IMG/VR virus record: IMGVR_UViG_3300027804_000038 | Span: 160,001 to 224,000 of that record | Strand: one strand, 5' to 3' | DNA length: 64,000 nucleotides | DNA from: a virus | Taxonomy: Duplodnaviria > Caudoviricetes | Shown here: piece by piece, positions 30,734-40,088 of the stretch | Layout: every line of letters starts with the position of its first letter | Position numbering within the stretch: position 1 is the stretch's first letter | Notes under the pieces: generated by a model | Database searches by the model: none | What the model was told of the DNA's origin: nothing | What the model saw: only the letters and a program-made list of their open reading frames with translations | Program-made: the position numbers and the translations under genes

Positions 30734-31276
30734 ATGAGTTATTTCTTATTTGTTTACGGTGATTATCAGGAGCATCTATTTGTAATAAAGAATATTGCAA
30801 AAATGTTAAATAAAGTTTCATCTGATGATGTAAAATATCAGTATGGTGATGCAGGTGCAATATTTCACTTCAAATCTATATACAGTGTTGAAGAATTGAA
30901 AAATTCAATAACTCCATCACTTAAAGAATTATCCGCAATGTTTTTCTTATTTAAAAACACTGATAATATAACATATAATTTCCAAGACAAAGAAATTGAA
31001 AATCATCTAATGAATTTTTCTGACAATGTGTCAGAAAATGACAATAAGTCAGATGAATTTAAAACGTATAGTTATGATGTCCCATTGGACTATTTAGAAG
31101 AATTTTCACAAATTCTTAACGAATATATGTCAAATTCCACTTATACCGATACTACAACTGAAATTAAAACCGAAAAGAAATTATCTTTGGACGAATTATT
31201 GGATAAGATTAATGAAAATGGAATTAATAGTTTAACTGAAATCGAAAAAAAACAATTATATGAGTATTCTAAGTGA
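30734..31276 (+). CDS. Hypothetical protein with a DUF6576-like C-terminus
   Basis: LSLDELLDKINENGINSLTEIEKKQL resembles the LDKI...G..SLT..EK..L tail seen on Bacteroidota rhomboids. Confidence 0.55.
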   Translation: MSYFLFVYGDYQEHLFVIKNIAKMLNKVSSDDVKYQYGDAGAIFHFKSIYSVEELKNSITPSLKELSAMFFLFKNTDNITYNFQDKEIENHLMNFSDNVSENDNKSDEFKTYSYDVPLDYLEEFSQILNEYMSNSTYTDTTTEIKTEKKLSLDELLDKINENGINSLTEIEKKQLYEYSK

Positions 31277-32078
31277 AGAAAAAAATGACAAAAATGTATC
31301 ACCAATCAATCAAGAAGAGATTCAGTATTATCTGAAAGAACTTAGAAAGATTAAAGTAATGACTCCTGAAAGGGAGAGAGAGCTGTCTGCGAAAATACAA
31401 AGTGAAAGCATCACAGATAAACAAAGACAAGAGATAAACCAAGAATTATTGAGAGGTAATTTAAGATTTGTTATCACAATTGCGAAACAGTACCAAAATC
31501 AAGGGATTGATTTATCTGATTTAATTGCCGAAGGAAATATCGGATTAATGAGGGCGATAAATAATTTTGATTGGACAAAAAATCTAAGATTTATTTCTTA
31601 TGCGGTTTGGTGGATTAGACAGTCAATACTACAATGTTTAAACGAGAACTCAAGGACTATTCGAATACCTGTGAATGTTGTTCAAGATTTACATAAAGAG
31701 AAAAAAAGAGTAGAGAAAACAGGTGACCAAATGGACTCAAGATTCATTAACCTACCGTCAGTAATTAATTTAGAAAGTCAAATTAATGAAGATGGAGACA
31801 CCTTGATTGACTTAATTGAGAATAAAGATTCATTAATGCCTGACCATTCGTTTAATAATGATAAACAAGTTAAAGAAGGTTTATTGAATTTATTAGATGT
31901 TTTAGATGACAGAGAAAAACAAATCATTATGGATTATTATGGACTGTCAGGGACCCCAAGAACCTTAGAAGATATTGGACAAGATTTTAATTTAACAAAA
32001 GAAAGAGTTAGACAAATTAAGGAAAGAGGACTTAGGAAAATGAGAAACGAATGTTCTATGTTATTCGATTATCTTTAA
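31260..32078 (+). CDS. Phage-encoded RNA polymerase sigma-70 family factor (RpoD-like)
   Basis: Region 1.2 YLKELRK; region 2 NLRFVITIAKQY...DLIAEGNIGL...FISYAVWWIRQSI; region 4 TLEDIGQDFNLTKERVRQI. Confidence 0.92.
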   Translation: MSILSEEKNDKNVSPINQEEIQYYLKELRKIKVMTPERERELSAKIQSESITDKQRQEINQELLRGNLRFVITIAKQYQNQGIDLSDLIAEGNIGLMRAINNFDWTKNLRFISYAVWWIRQSILQCLNENSRTIRIPVNVVQDLHKEKKRVEKTGDQMDSRFINLPSVINLESQINEDGDTLIDLIENKDSLMPDHSFNNDKQVKEGLLNLLDVLDDREKQIIMDYYGLSGTPRTLEDIGQDFNLTKERVRQIKERGLRKMRNECSMLFDYL

Positions 32079-32124
32079 TTTACTATTTATTAGATTATAA
32101 TATTATTTTTTAAACAAAAAATAT

Positions 32125-32403
32125 ATGGAAAAAATACAAAAATATTTACCCTACGCAACAATAGTTTTTATATTTTTAATTCTATTGAAAAGTTGCGGAA
32201 CGTCATCAAAAGTACAGATGATTGAAAAAGAAAATAAAGTACTTCGATATAAAGTAGACTCTTTAACTAGTATAACTTTGACGGAAGACAAACTGAAGAA
32301 AATAATGGAATCTACGGTACTTTGGAGAACTTTAGAAATTGAAGAACTTTCTGATAAGAACAATATGCCAATAAACCATTATAAAAGTGAATCTCAGAAA
32401 TGA
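32125..32403 (+). CDS. Putative lipoprotein or membrane-anchored protein (spanin-like candidate)
   Basis: Hydrophobic N-terminus ending LLKS-C, then a short coiled coil; first gene of a trio ending in an amidase-like gene. Confidence 0.4.
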   Translation: MEKIQKYLPYATIVFIFLILLKSCGTSSKVQMIEKENKVLRYKVDSLTSITLTEDKLKKIMESTVLWRTLEIEELSDKNNMPINHYKSESQK

Positions 32404-33338
32404 GAAAATTATTTAAGTGGGTTAAAGATAACCCGAATAGGACCATGTTTTTGGTCCCTATTCTTTTGGTGGCGGGTATATCCATATCACACGTAGTCTC
32501 TTGGTACGACATTGCCAACCCAATCAGTTGGGCCATTTATTTGTCAATAGCCATTGAGGTTGCGGCTATGACTGCACTTGTTGCTGCAACAAATAGAATT
32601 AAGGGTGGGGTATGGTTCATGTTTATTTTGGTAACTATTATTCAGATGATTGGTAATATATTCTTTTCATTTAAAGAAATAGATGCTAATGGTGACCTTT
32701 TTAAGTCTTGGGTTGAACTTACTGGCCCACTTTGGGAAATGTTAGGTTCAGACCCTGGAGATGTTATATCACAAAAAAGGTGGTTAGCATTTTTGGAAGG
32801 AGGACTTCTACCAATCATATCTTTAACATCATTACACTTCTTTACAAAATACGATAGAAACACTCCAAATGGAAACGAAGAAGTTAAAGAAGTACCAATG
32901 ATTACTAAACCTGATGAAAACATAACTGAAGAAGAATATAGTAAGATTATTGATGAGTTTGTTAAAAGACAAAAAGAAGAATCTGAAAAAATTAAGTACA
33001 CCCCAAAGGAAGAAGATTTAGAAAAATTAGATGAATTTTTAAATAATGTGGGTTATGACGGACCAAAAAAAACTGAGACTGATGAATCAGTTAAATTCAC
33101 ACCTAGTTATGAGGAGTTAAAAAAAATAGAAGATATTTTATTAAATCAATCAAAAAATATCCCACAAGAAGAAGAAATTTTTACTGATAATATTGAAGAC
33201 ATTGAAAAAGTTAAAAGAGCTTTGATTGATTATAATAAAGAGGATATTAATGTTAATGATGACGAAAATGAATACGTTGAATTATCAAATCCCGAACCAA
33301 TAAATAAAGTATTGAATTATTCAAAAAGAGATGAGTGA
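32400..33338 (+). CDS. Multi-pass membrane protein with an acidic C-terminal tail (holin candidate)
   Basis: About four hydrophobic helices in the first 150 aa; overlaps both neighbours. Confidence 0.45.
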   Translation: MRKLFKWVKDNPNRTMFLVPILLVAGISISHVVSWYDIANPISWAIYLSIAIEVAAMTALVAATNRIKGGVWFMFILVTIIQMIGNIFFSFKEIDANGDLFKSWVELTGPLWEMLGSDPGDVISQKRWLAFLEGGLLPIISLTSLHFFTKYDRNTPNGNEEVKEVPMITKPDENITEEEYSKIIDEFVKRQKEESEKIKYTPKEEDLEKLDEFLNNVGYDGPKKTETDESVKFTPSYEELKKIEDILLNQSKNIPQEEEIFTDNIEDIEKVKRALIDYNKEDINVNDDENEYVELSNPEPINKVLNYSKRDE

Positions 33339-33927
33339 TGTTATTAAATTTGGAAAATTTAAAAATTTTGAAAAAAATAAAAATAAAAAACAAATAATTC
33401 TTTGTAATTCTTTTAGAAGTTCTGAGAAATATTTAAATTCTTTAAAGTACAGAAATAATGGGGACTATAAAAAAGTCCCCAATTATTTTATTGATATATC
33501 TGGAAAAATAATAAGTCTGTTACCAGATGACTCCGTATCTAATTTCTTTAACGATTATGAAGTTAATAGAAATTCAATAATAATATGTCTTGAAAATAAT
33601 GGATGGTTGAATAAAACACCGTTTAATTTGGGATATATTAATTGGATTGGTGATATTTATAATGGTAAAGTGTTTGAAAGAAAGTGGAGAGATAAGATTT
33701 ATTGGCAAACATATACCGAAGAACAGGTTAATTCCTTAGTTGATATATGTAAAAAAGTAACAAAAAAATTTTCAATCTCAAGAAGGTTCATTGGACACAA
33801 TACAAAAGTTGATGGAGTTAAGATATTTAATGGTATAGTATGTCGAAGTAATTATGATAATCGATATACTGATGTTAATCCATCATTTGACTTTGAAGAA
33901 TTTAAAAAAAGAATTGAAAATGAATGA
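33331..33927 (+). CDS. N-acetylmuramoyl-L-alanine amidase-like protein (Amidase_2 fold)
   Basis: PNYFIDISGKI, NRNSIIICLEN, YTEEQVNSL, IGHN, TDVNP; the first Zn-ligand His appears to be replaced (IILCNS). Confidence 0.65.
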   Translation: MSDVIKFGKFKNFEKNKNKKQIILCNSFRSSEKYLNSLKYRNNGDYKKVPNYFIDISGKIISLLPDDSVSNFFNDYEVNRNSIIICLENNGWLNKTPFNLGYINWIGDIYNGKVFERKWRDKIYWQTYTEEQVNSLVDICKKVTKKFSISRRFIGHNTKVDGVKIFNGIVCRSNYDNRYTDVNPSFDFEEFKKRIENE

Positions 33928-34510
33928 AATTGATTTAATAAAAAAACAAATTAGAACTCTTAGAGACATCTATAGTGAAACTAACCCAATTGTTTCAGAG
34001 CACGTAAAAGAAATTAAAGACAAATATTTAATTACCGAAGACGACTCACCAAGGGACATTAATAGATATAATGTACCTAAGTCTACTGAACAAGAAATTG
34101 AAAATGATGAAGGTAAACCAGATGACGTTAGTCAAGGGTATAGAATAAGTGGAGGGGTATTAGTAATTCATGGAGATTCTAGTAAAGAAACCGAGCTAAC
34201 AACTGACGATAAAACTGCTTTCCAAGAAACTATGGATGAGTTTGTTTCTGAAGTTTCAGACTTAGTAAATTTTGGACAACTAAATGTTTATAAAAACAAT
34301 GTTGATTGGTCAGGATTGATAATTGATTTTGATGTTGAATTTTATTTTACAATTGGTGAAAGTAATGGAATATACATGTCAGGTGAAATGATGAAAATTG
34401 ACGAAAATTATTTACAGATGGTTGAGAAATTACAAAAATATTACGAAAAATTTAAATCAAAATGGGCTAAAATATTAGCCGTACGTAAAAAAACCTCACA
34501 AACTAAGTAA
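33920..34510 (+). CDS. Hypothetical protein
   Basis: ATG at 33920 (MNEIDL) overlaps the amidase stop; the track start 33854 is likely too early. Confidence 0.65.
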   Translation: MNEIDLIKKQIRTLRDIYSETNPIVSEHVKEIKDKYLITEDDSPRDINRYNVPKSTEQEIENDEGKPDDVSQGYRISGGVLVIHGDSSKETELTTDDKTAFQETMDEFVSEVSDLVNFGQLNVYKNNVDWSGLIIDFDVEFYFTIGESNGIYMSGEMMKIDENYLQMVEKLQKYYEKFKSKWAKILAVRKKTSQTK

Positions 34511-34511
34511 A

Positions 34512-34757
34512 ATGGCACTAACAGCAACAGACAAGAAAGAAATTGAAAAAATTGTAAGACAAGAAATTAAACAATTTTTGAATGCTAATACAACTAAACA
34601 ATATGAAGATAAATTAATTGATTTAGTCGCTAAAGAAGTTAAGAAAGGTAAAATTGAGGGTGAGGTTAAAGACATTGTTATTAAAATATTTAGAGAATTC
34701 TATCAATTCATGTGGACACAAAGAAGTTACTGGGAACCACGATTAAAAAATGCTTAA
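34512..34757 (+). CDS. Hypothetical protein
   Basis: 81 aa ORF in the operon. Confidence 0.65.
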   Translation: MALTATDKKEIEKIVRQEIKQFLNANTTKQYEDKLIDLVAKEVKKGKIEGEVKDIVIKIFREFYQFMWTQRSYWEPRLKNA

Positions 34758-34762
34758 ATAAT

Positions 34763-35605
34763 ATGGATTTAAAAACTCAACTTTTAAAAAAAATACAACA
34801 AGAATACAGTAAAGATTCTAGAACGACTGGCACTGATAGTGCTATTGAGATTGCGGATTATAAAAGTCAACTTAAAGAAAAATGGTCCGAAAAGTATAAG
34901 AACTCAATAAACTGTAAAAACCCAAAGGGGTTTAGTCAAAGAGCTCACTGCCAAGGAAAAAAGAAAAAAAGTGAAAACAAAGAAGCGATGGGGGCATCAT
35001 CTGCAGGTGCCTATTCAGGACCCTTATTTACTAAAATGAATGAAGAAAAATTAAAAGGTGGTTTAGCCGACAATAAAACTTTAAAAGATATTGCAATAAA
35101 ACATGCTTACGACGACTCAAAGGACTCAACATCTAATGAGAAGATTATGAGTATGTATAAAAAATTAAAGTTACAATTTAAAGAAGGTATTAAAGTAGAG
35201 ATGGAACATACTAAAGATAAAGAAAAGGCTAAAGAGATTGCTATGGACCATTTGTTTGAAGACCCTAATTACTATGATAAGTTAAAAAAAGTTGAGGCTA
35301 AAGAAGCAACAACTTCAGCATCGTCAGGACAATATTCAGGACCTGCGTTCGGGGCCAAATCAATGAGTCCTAAAGATTGGAGAGGAAGAGCTAAAACAAC
35401 ATATCCTGGAGGTTCATTTGTACAAGTAAAAAAGAAATGTAAGAATTTTCCATATTGTAATCAGGGAGATATTAACGCACTAAACCTGAGTAAAAGTAAA
35501 AAAGTTAAAAGAAGTGCTAAAAAACTTTCTGAAAAATATAATATTAGTGAGGAATTGATAATTGAGTTTTTTACTAAAGAAATAATGAAAAAGATAAAAA
35601 AATAA
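34763..35605 (+). CDS. Mosaic protein containing a DUF5661-like module
   Basis: GIKVEMEHTKDKEKAKEIAMDHLFEDPNYYDKL (DUF5661-like), KWSEKYKNSINCKNPKGFSQRAHC, and a duplicated A..S..G.YSGP motif. Confidence 0.6.
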   Translation: MDLKTQLLKKIQQEYSKDSRTTGTDSAIEIADYKSQLKEKWSEKYKNSINCKNPKGFSQRAHCQGKKKKSENKEAMGASSAGAYSGPLFTKMNEEKLKGGLADNKTLKDIAIKHAYDDSKDSTSNEKIMSMYKKLKLQFKEGIKVEMEHTKDKEKAKEIAMDHLFEDPNYYDKLKKVEAKEATTSASSGQYSGPAFGAKSMSPKDWRGRAKTTYPGGSFVQVKKKCKNFPYCNQGDINALNLSKSKKVKRSAKKLSEKYNISEELIIEFFTKEIMKKIKK

Positions 35606-35628
35606 CTATTTATATAAAAAAATTAAAA

Positions 35629-36819
35629 ATGAGAAAAATTAATAATTTAGTAAATAAAATTTTATCTGAGTCTTTAACTAAAAAGGCTAGTGAAATTACT
35701 GAGAAAATAAAAAATAAGTTAAAATATAATGAGTTTGACTATGTTGCCGAAACTGAAATGAATGAAAAGTGGAAAGGTGATGTTGAGGTTGAAAAAACTG
35801 GAGAATATTCTGACATGAGTATTTCTGAAATTAACTCAGAAATTAAAAAATTAAAATCTAAAACTGAAAAGTATAAAGAAGAAGGTAAAAAAGTCCCAAC
35901 CTCAATGAAAGAAAAAATGAGTGAACTTTATTTTGCTAAAAGAGCTAAACAAGGATGGAAAGGAAAGGGTAAAGCGGTTGTTGATGAGGAAGAAATGGAA
36001 GAAGGAAATGCTTTTACAGGAGCACTTGCAAAGGCAAAAGAAATGGGAAAAGATACTTTTGAAGTTGGAGGTAAAGAGTTTAAAGTACAAAAAGAATCAA
36101 TTGTCTACCAAGTGGAAATTGATGGTGAATTAATTAATTTATCTGAAAATGAAATGGTGGATATGATTGAGGATATTGTTTTAGAAGAAAAAATTAAGTC
36201 TAATATAAGAGGTACTGGTAAAGCTAAGGGAACTGTTGAGTACGATAGAGTACATAAAAAAGACGAGGATATTAATGAAAAAGCAATAAATGATGTTGCT
36301 AAAAAAATGGAGGAATACGTTAAACCTGGGTCTAAATCCAAATTTGACATGAATCCTAAAACTTTCCCAAAAGGTAATGGTGAATTAGGAGAAATGTCTA
36401 AAAAGGCATACCAAGCCTCAGATGCCGTTGAAGAGTATATCACCAATTTTGCATATGCTCCAGGTATGGAAAATTTGAAAACAGATGAAATTGATTACAA
36501 TGACGAGTGGGTTACAAAAAATATTGAAGGTTCTGAACTAACAGGTAATTCTCCAAAATACGCAAATGCTGTCGATACTGGATTTGGTAAAAAGATAAAC
36601 AAAAAGAGAAAAGAAAATTGGTATCAAAAAGAGTTAGACCAAAGTTATAATAGAGTTACCCAACCAGTAGACAACGCTGGAGATTCAAAAAAAGACGGTA
36701 AGTTAAAAAATATGTTTAAAAAATTGAAAGAATCTGAAAATGAAGAAACTGAAAATATCTTAAACGAAGAAATGGTTAAAATGAAACATCTTTTAACTTA
36801 CAATAAAAAAACACAATAA
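35629..36819 (+). CDS. K/E-rich late protein, possible internal head or core protein
   Basis: TATTTATA at 35607-14; leader MRKINNLVNKILSE; many xxE-bounded segments. Confidence 0.5.
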   Translation: MRKINNLVNKILSESLTKKASEITEKIKNKLKYNEFDYVAETEMNEKWKGDVEVEKTGEYSDMSISEINSEIKKLKSKTEKYKEEGKKVPTSMKEKMSELYFAKRAKQGWKGKGKAVVDEEEMEEGNAFTGALAKAKEMGKDTFEVGGKEFKVQKESIVYQVEIDGELINLSENEMVDMIEDIVLEEKIKSNIRGTGKAKGTVEYDRVHKKDEDINEKAINDVAKKMEEYVKPGSKSKFDMNPKTFPKGNGELGEMSKKAYQASDAVEEYITNFAYAPGMENLKTDEIDYNDEWVTKNIEGSELTGNSPKYANAVDTGFGKKINKKRKENWYQKELDQSYNRVTQPVDNAGDSKKDGKLKNMFKKLKESENEETENILNEEMVKMKHLLTYNKKTQ

Positions 36820-36867
36820 TTTACATATTAATTTTTATAGTTATAATTCTCCATATGAATAATACAT

Positions 36868-37344
36868 ATGGAGAATTTTTTTACATACATATCTAAACCT
36901 GTTGATAAGGAAGATGTTCAAATTTGGATTGAACGAAATAATATATGTTATGTTAAGTTCGAATTATTTCATGATTTTGTTAATTCTTTAATACATTTAA
37001 TTTATACAACATATCTTGGAAATAATGTTGATAAAAGCACCAACATATATTTTAGTGATGAGGACAATCTTAAACATTTTATTTGGTGTTGGCAAAAAGT
37101 AATAAGTAATTTTAAAAAAGAAGAAATTTATTTTGAAGAGGACGGAGAGCATCTCGAATTCTTCAAAGGGTTTATTGTCGACACATTCTATAAACAAAAA
37201 ATAAATGAGGTAAAGTATTCCTTAGACAGATTCTTCAACGAAATATTTAATCTTGACTCAATGTATACAATGTCTGATTTGGACTTATTAAAAACAGTAT
37301 ATAAAAGTTTAGATAAAAATTTAATGAATAATAATTTACATTGA
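36868..37344 (+). CDS. Hypothetical protein
   Basis: 158 aa; TTTACA-N16-TATAAT (36820-47) upstream. Confidence 0.65.
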   Translation: MENFFTYISKPVDKEDVQIWIERNNICYVKFELFHDFVNSLIHLIYTTYLGNNVDKSTNIYFSDEDNLKHFIWCWQKVISNFKKEEIYFEEDGEHLEFFKGFIVDTFYKQKINEVKYSLDRFFNEIFNLDSMYTMSDLDLLKTVYKSLDKNLMNNNLH

Positions 37345-37397
37345 TTAAAATAGAAATTATTTTTAATATTATAATAAACAATTTTTTTTAAACACAA

Positions 37398-37574
37398 ATG
37401 GAAACAATTGAAAAAATTAAAGAACTTACAGAAACAATTTCAGTTGACGCTGGTAAGTTTTATAAGGGTAACAAAAGTGCAGGTACAAGAGCTCGTAAGA
37501 CTGCTCAAGAATTGAAATCTTTGTTACAGACACTTAGAGTTGAAATTTTGAACGAATCTAAGAAAGATGCTTAA
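37398..37574 (+). CDS. Histone H1-like Hc1-family nucleoid protein (58 aa), not in the ORF track
   Basis: METIEKIKELTETISVDAGKFYKGNKSAGTRARKTAQELKSLLQTLRVEILNESKKDA; KGNKSAGTRARK matches the Bacteroidota Hc1-like KGNKAAGTRARK motif; TTGATT-N17-TAATAT upstream (37341-69). Confidence 0.8.
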   Translation: METIEKIKELTETISVDAGKFYKGNKSAGTRARKTAQELKSLLQTLRVEILNESKKDA

Positions 37575-37749
37575 TATAACAACTATATTTATTTTCTTAT
37601 TCGTTCTAAACATCTTTAATGTGTTGAACGTTTTTTTAAGATTTATAAGAGCTTTATTAAAACCTGAAAGATTTAGTATGGGAAAAATAGAGCTCTTATT
37701 TTTCTGGATATCATTATCATACATTATAACATTTATACTACAAAATTAA
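37567..37749 (+). CDS. Small two-helix membrane protein
   Basis: 60 aa with two hydrophobic stretches; overlaps both neighbours. Confidence 0.55.
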   Translation: MLNITTIFIFLFVLNIFNVLNVFLRFIRALLKPERFSMGKIELLFFWISLSYIITFILQN

Positions 37750-38189
37750 TGGGTTTATATAAAGAACTTTCACCAATTTCTAACTATCTTCATCAAATAA
37801 GAAAAATGGAAGATTATTTAGTCTTTGATATGCATTTTCCAAATACATGGAAGATATTAAAAAAATTTATTACTGAGGATAGATTTGTAAATCATGGACA
37901 AATTGAAACTGATAAAATGATGTTATCATTTGTTTCTGAAATTACAGATGAAAATTTAACATTAGTACATAGTAATATTTTAGGTATTATTAATTACAAT
38001 TTGGAAAGAGAAATGAAAGATAGGTTACTACAATCTAAGATAGATGAACTAAGAACAATTTTTGAAAAACAAACCTTAGATAATTTAAAGTCTCTTAAAT
38101 TTGATATAAAACCAACTTTAGAAATTAATTTAAATACAAATGGAAAATCAAAAAATGATGAATTGGTTAGAGAAAGCCAAGAAGAATGA
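37749..38189 (+). CDS. Hypothetical protein
   Basis: 146 aa ORF in the operon. Confidence 0.65.
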   Translation: MGLYKELSPISNYLHQIRKMEDYLVFDMHFPNTWKILKKFITEDRFVNHGQIETDKMMLSFVSEITDENLTLVHSNILGIINYNLEREMKDRLLQSKIDELRTIFEKQTLDNLKSLKFDIKPTLEINLNTNGKSKNDELVRESQEE

Positions 38190-38319
38190 TAGTATTGAAT
38201 TAGAAGCTGAAAAGAAAAAAATTGTACAACAAATTAAAGGATTAAGTAAGGAAGACGTAATCCCAAGACAAGTCAAATTAACATTATGGCAGAGAATAAA
38301 AAAAGCACTGAATTTCTAA
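38140..38319 (+). CDS. Small hypothetical protein (59 aa), not in the ORF track
   Basis: MENQKMMNWLEKAKKND...LTLWQRIKKALNF-stop bridges the gap between 38189 and 38286. Confidence 0.55.
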   Translation: MENQKMMNWLEKAKKNDSIELEAEKKKIVQQIKGLSKEDVIPRQVKLTLWQRIKKALNF

Positions 38320-38510
38320 GTAAATTAGCATTATTAACCGACGCAGCACAAGATTTGTGTAATGGTAAGGTTAGTATTATCTTTGAGTTGAATTTAGAAG
38401 ATTTCAGAAATATGTATTTAAAATTTGAAGATAAAGTGGACACAGAAAAAAAACAATTTAAAGTAGATATATCAGGTACCGATTTTATTTTTATTTTAGA
38501 TGAGTCGTAG
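38286..38510 (+). CDS. Hypothetical protein
   Basis: 74 aa ORF. Confidence 0.55.
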   Translation: MAENKKSTEFLSKLALLTDAAQDLCNGKVSIIFELNLEDFRNMYLKFEDKVDTEKKQFKVDISGTDFIFILDES

Positions 38511-39126
38511 TATTTCTATATAAGAAATCTTTATTATACCCATAATTTTCTAAAATCTGATACAGATATTTTTTTTGAGGACTTGAAAAATCTTTAACTA
38601 TTATAAAATTTTTCTTATCTGAATATTTTGGTAGTAAATCTAAAAGTCTATCACAGTCGTATTCATTTTTCAACGAGAAAAGAGTGTACACATCATCAAA
38701 TTGTATAACAAACTTATTATTAAGTTTTGATATCATATATATTTTATTTTCATTTAAGTAAGATTTTAATAAATCATCAAAAGATATCCTCTTATTTTTT
38801 TTTACGTCAAAAATCTTTTCTTCTTTATTATATATTGAAATCTTATTAAGATATAAGTTAGAATCTAATTTAGGGTTTATAATAATATTTCTACCAATTT
38901 CATCAGTATAATGTATTTGGTCTTGTTTCCAGTTACTAGATACTAAACCTATTTTATACTGACATTTAATTCCATTTTCATATTGGATGTTAAATTTTAC
39001 GTTTTCAGATTCTTTTATTTTTTTATTAAAAAATTCATTTGCATTATTTTCAGTTATGAAAGTTTTAAGAACCTTTCTTTTTTTATTATTTTTGAATATT
39101 ATTACATAGAAATTTGATTCTTTCAT
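38491..39126 (-). CDS. Hypothetical protein
   Basis: 211 aa K/N-rich ORF, divergent from dnaJ. Confidence 0.6.
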   Translation of the reverse strand: MKESNFYVIIFKNNKKRKVLKTFITENNANEFFNKKIKESENVKFNIQYENGIKCQYKIGLVSSNWKQDQIHYTDEIGRNIIINPKLDSNLYLNKISIYNKEEKIFDVKKNKRISFDDLLKSYLNENKIYMISKLNNKFVIQFDDVYTLFSLKNEYDCDRLLDLLPKYSDKKNFIIVKDFSSPQKKYLYQILENYGYNKDFLYRNTTTHLK

Positions 39127-39164
39127 AATTTTAATTTTAATAAAATTTTTAAAAAGATATAGAG

Positions 39165-40088
39165 TTGGAAAACTATTATGATATTTTAGGAGTCGCGGAA
39201 ACCGCTACACAAGATGAAATTAAAAAGGCTTACAGACAAAAGTCAAAAGAACATCATCCTGATAAGGGAGGTAACGAGGAAACTTTTAAAAAGATAAATG
39301 AGGCGTATACTACTTTGGGTGACGATAATAAAAAAGTCCAGTATGATAACCAAAGAAAGAACCCATTTGGTAATAATCCTTTCGGTGATATATTTGGAGA
39401 TTTTTTTGGAGGTTTTGGAGGACAACAAGTTAAAAGGGCTCCTGATAAGATTATAAATGTACAAGTAGGTGCCGTAGATTCTTATTTAGGTAAAGAAATA
39501 AATATATTTTTTAACAGGAAAAATAATTGTCAACCTTGTAATGGACAAGGAGGAACTAGAAATACTTGTAAAAAATGTAATGGTAGCGGATTTATTACAC
39601 AAAGAGTTGGTAATGCGTTTTTCTCTAACATTATACAAACTCATTGTAATGAGTGTAATGGTAAAGGTTATAGTCTAACTAATGTTTGTCAATCATGTTT
39701 AGGAGAGGGAAGAATCGACGAAACAAAATCAGTCTCAGTTAATCTCCCAAAAGGAATATCTGACGGGCAGTTAATAAAGGCTGGGGGAATGGGTGATTAC
39801 TCTAACGGTATGTTTGGTGATGTTATATTTAAAATTAATATTATACCACAAGCGGGATTTGAAAAATCAGGTTCCGACTTAGTTTATAATAAATTTATGT
39901 CATTAGATGATTTTACTAAAGAAAAAATCCAAATTCCACATCCATCAGGTGATTTAAATTTAACATTACCTGACGACATAGACACAAGTAAACCACTTAA
40001 AGTAAAAGGTAAGGGTTACCAAAATGAAAATGGTGATTTATATGTTAGAATGTATGTTAGACATAGAAAAAATAAGTTAGATTATTGA
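39165..40088 (+). CDS. dnaJ: DnaJ (Hsp40) co-chaperone
   Basis: J-domain YYDILGV...HHPDK, short G/F region, four CxxCxGxG repeats and a C-terminal domain (GD(V/L)); TTG start. Confidence 0.92.
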   Translation: MENYYDILGVAETATQDEIKKAYRQKSKEHHPDKGGNEETFKKINEAYTTLGDDNKKVQYDNQRKNPFGNNPFGDIFGDFFGGFGGQQVKRAPDKIINVQVGAVDSYLGKEINIFFNRKNNCQPCNGQGGTRNTCKKCNGSGFITQRVGNAFFSNIIQTHCNECNGKGYSLTNVCQSCLGEGRIDETKSVSVNLPKGISDGQLIKAGGMGDYSNGMFGDVIFKINIIPQAGFEKSGSDLVYNKFMSLDDFTKEKIQIPHPSGDLNLTLPDDIDTSKPLKVKGKGYQNENGDLYVRMYVRHRKNKLDY

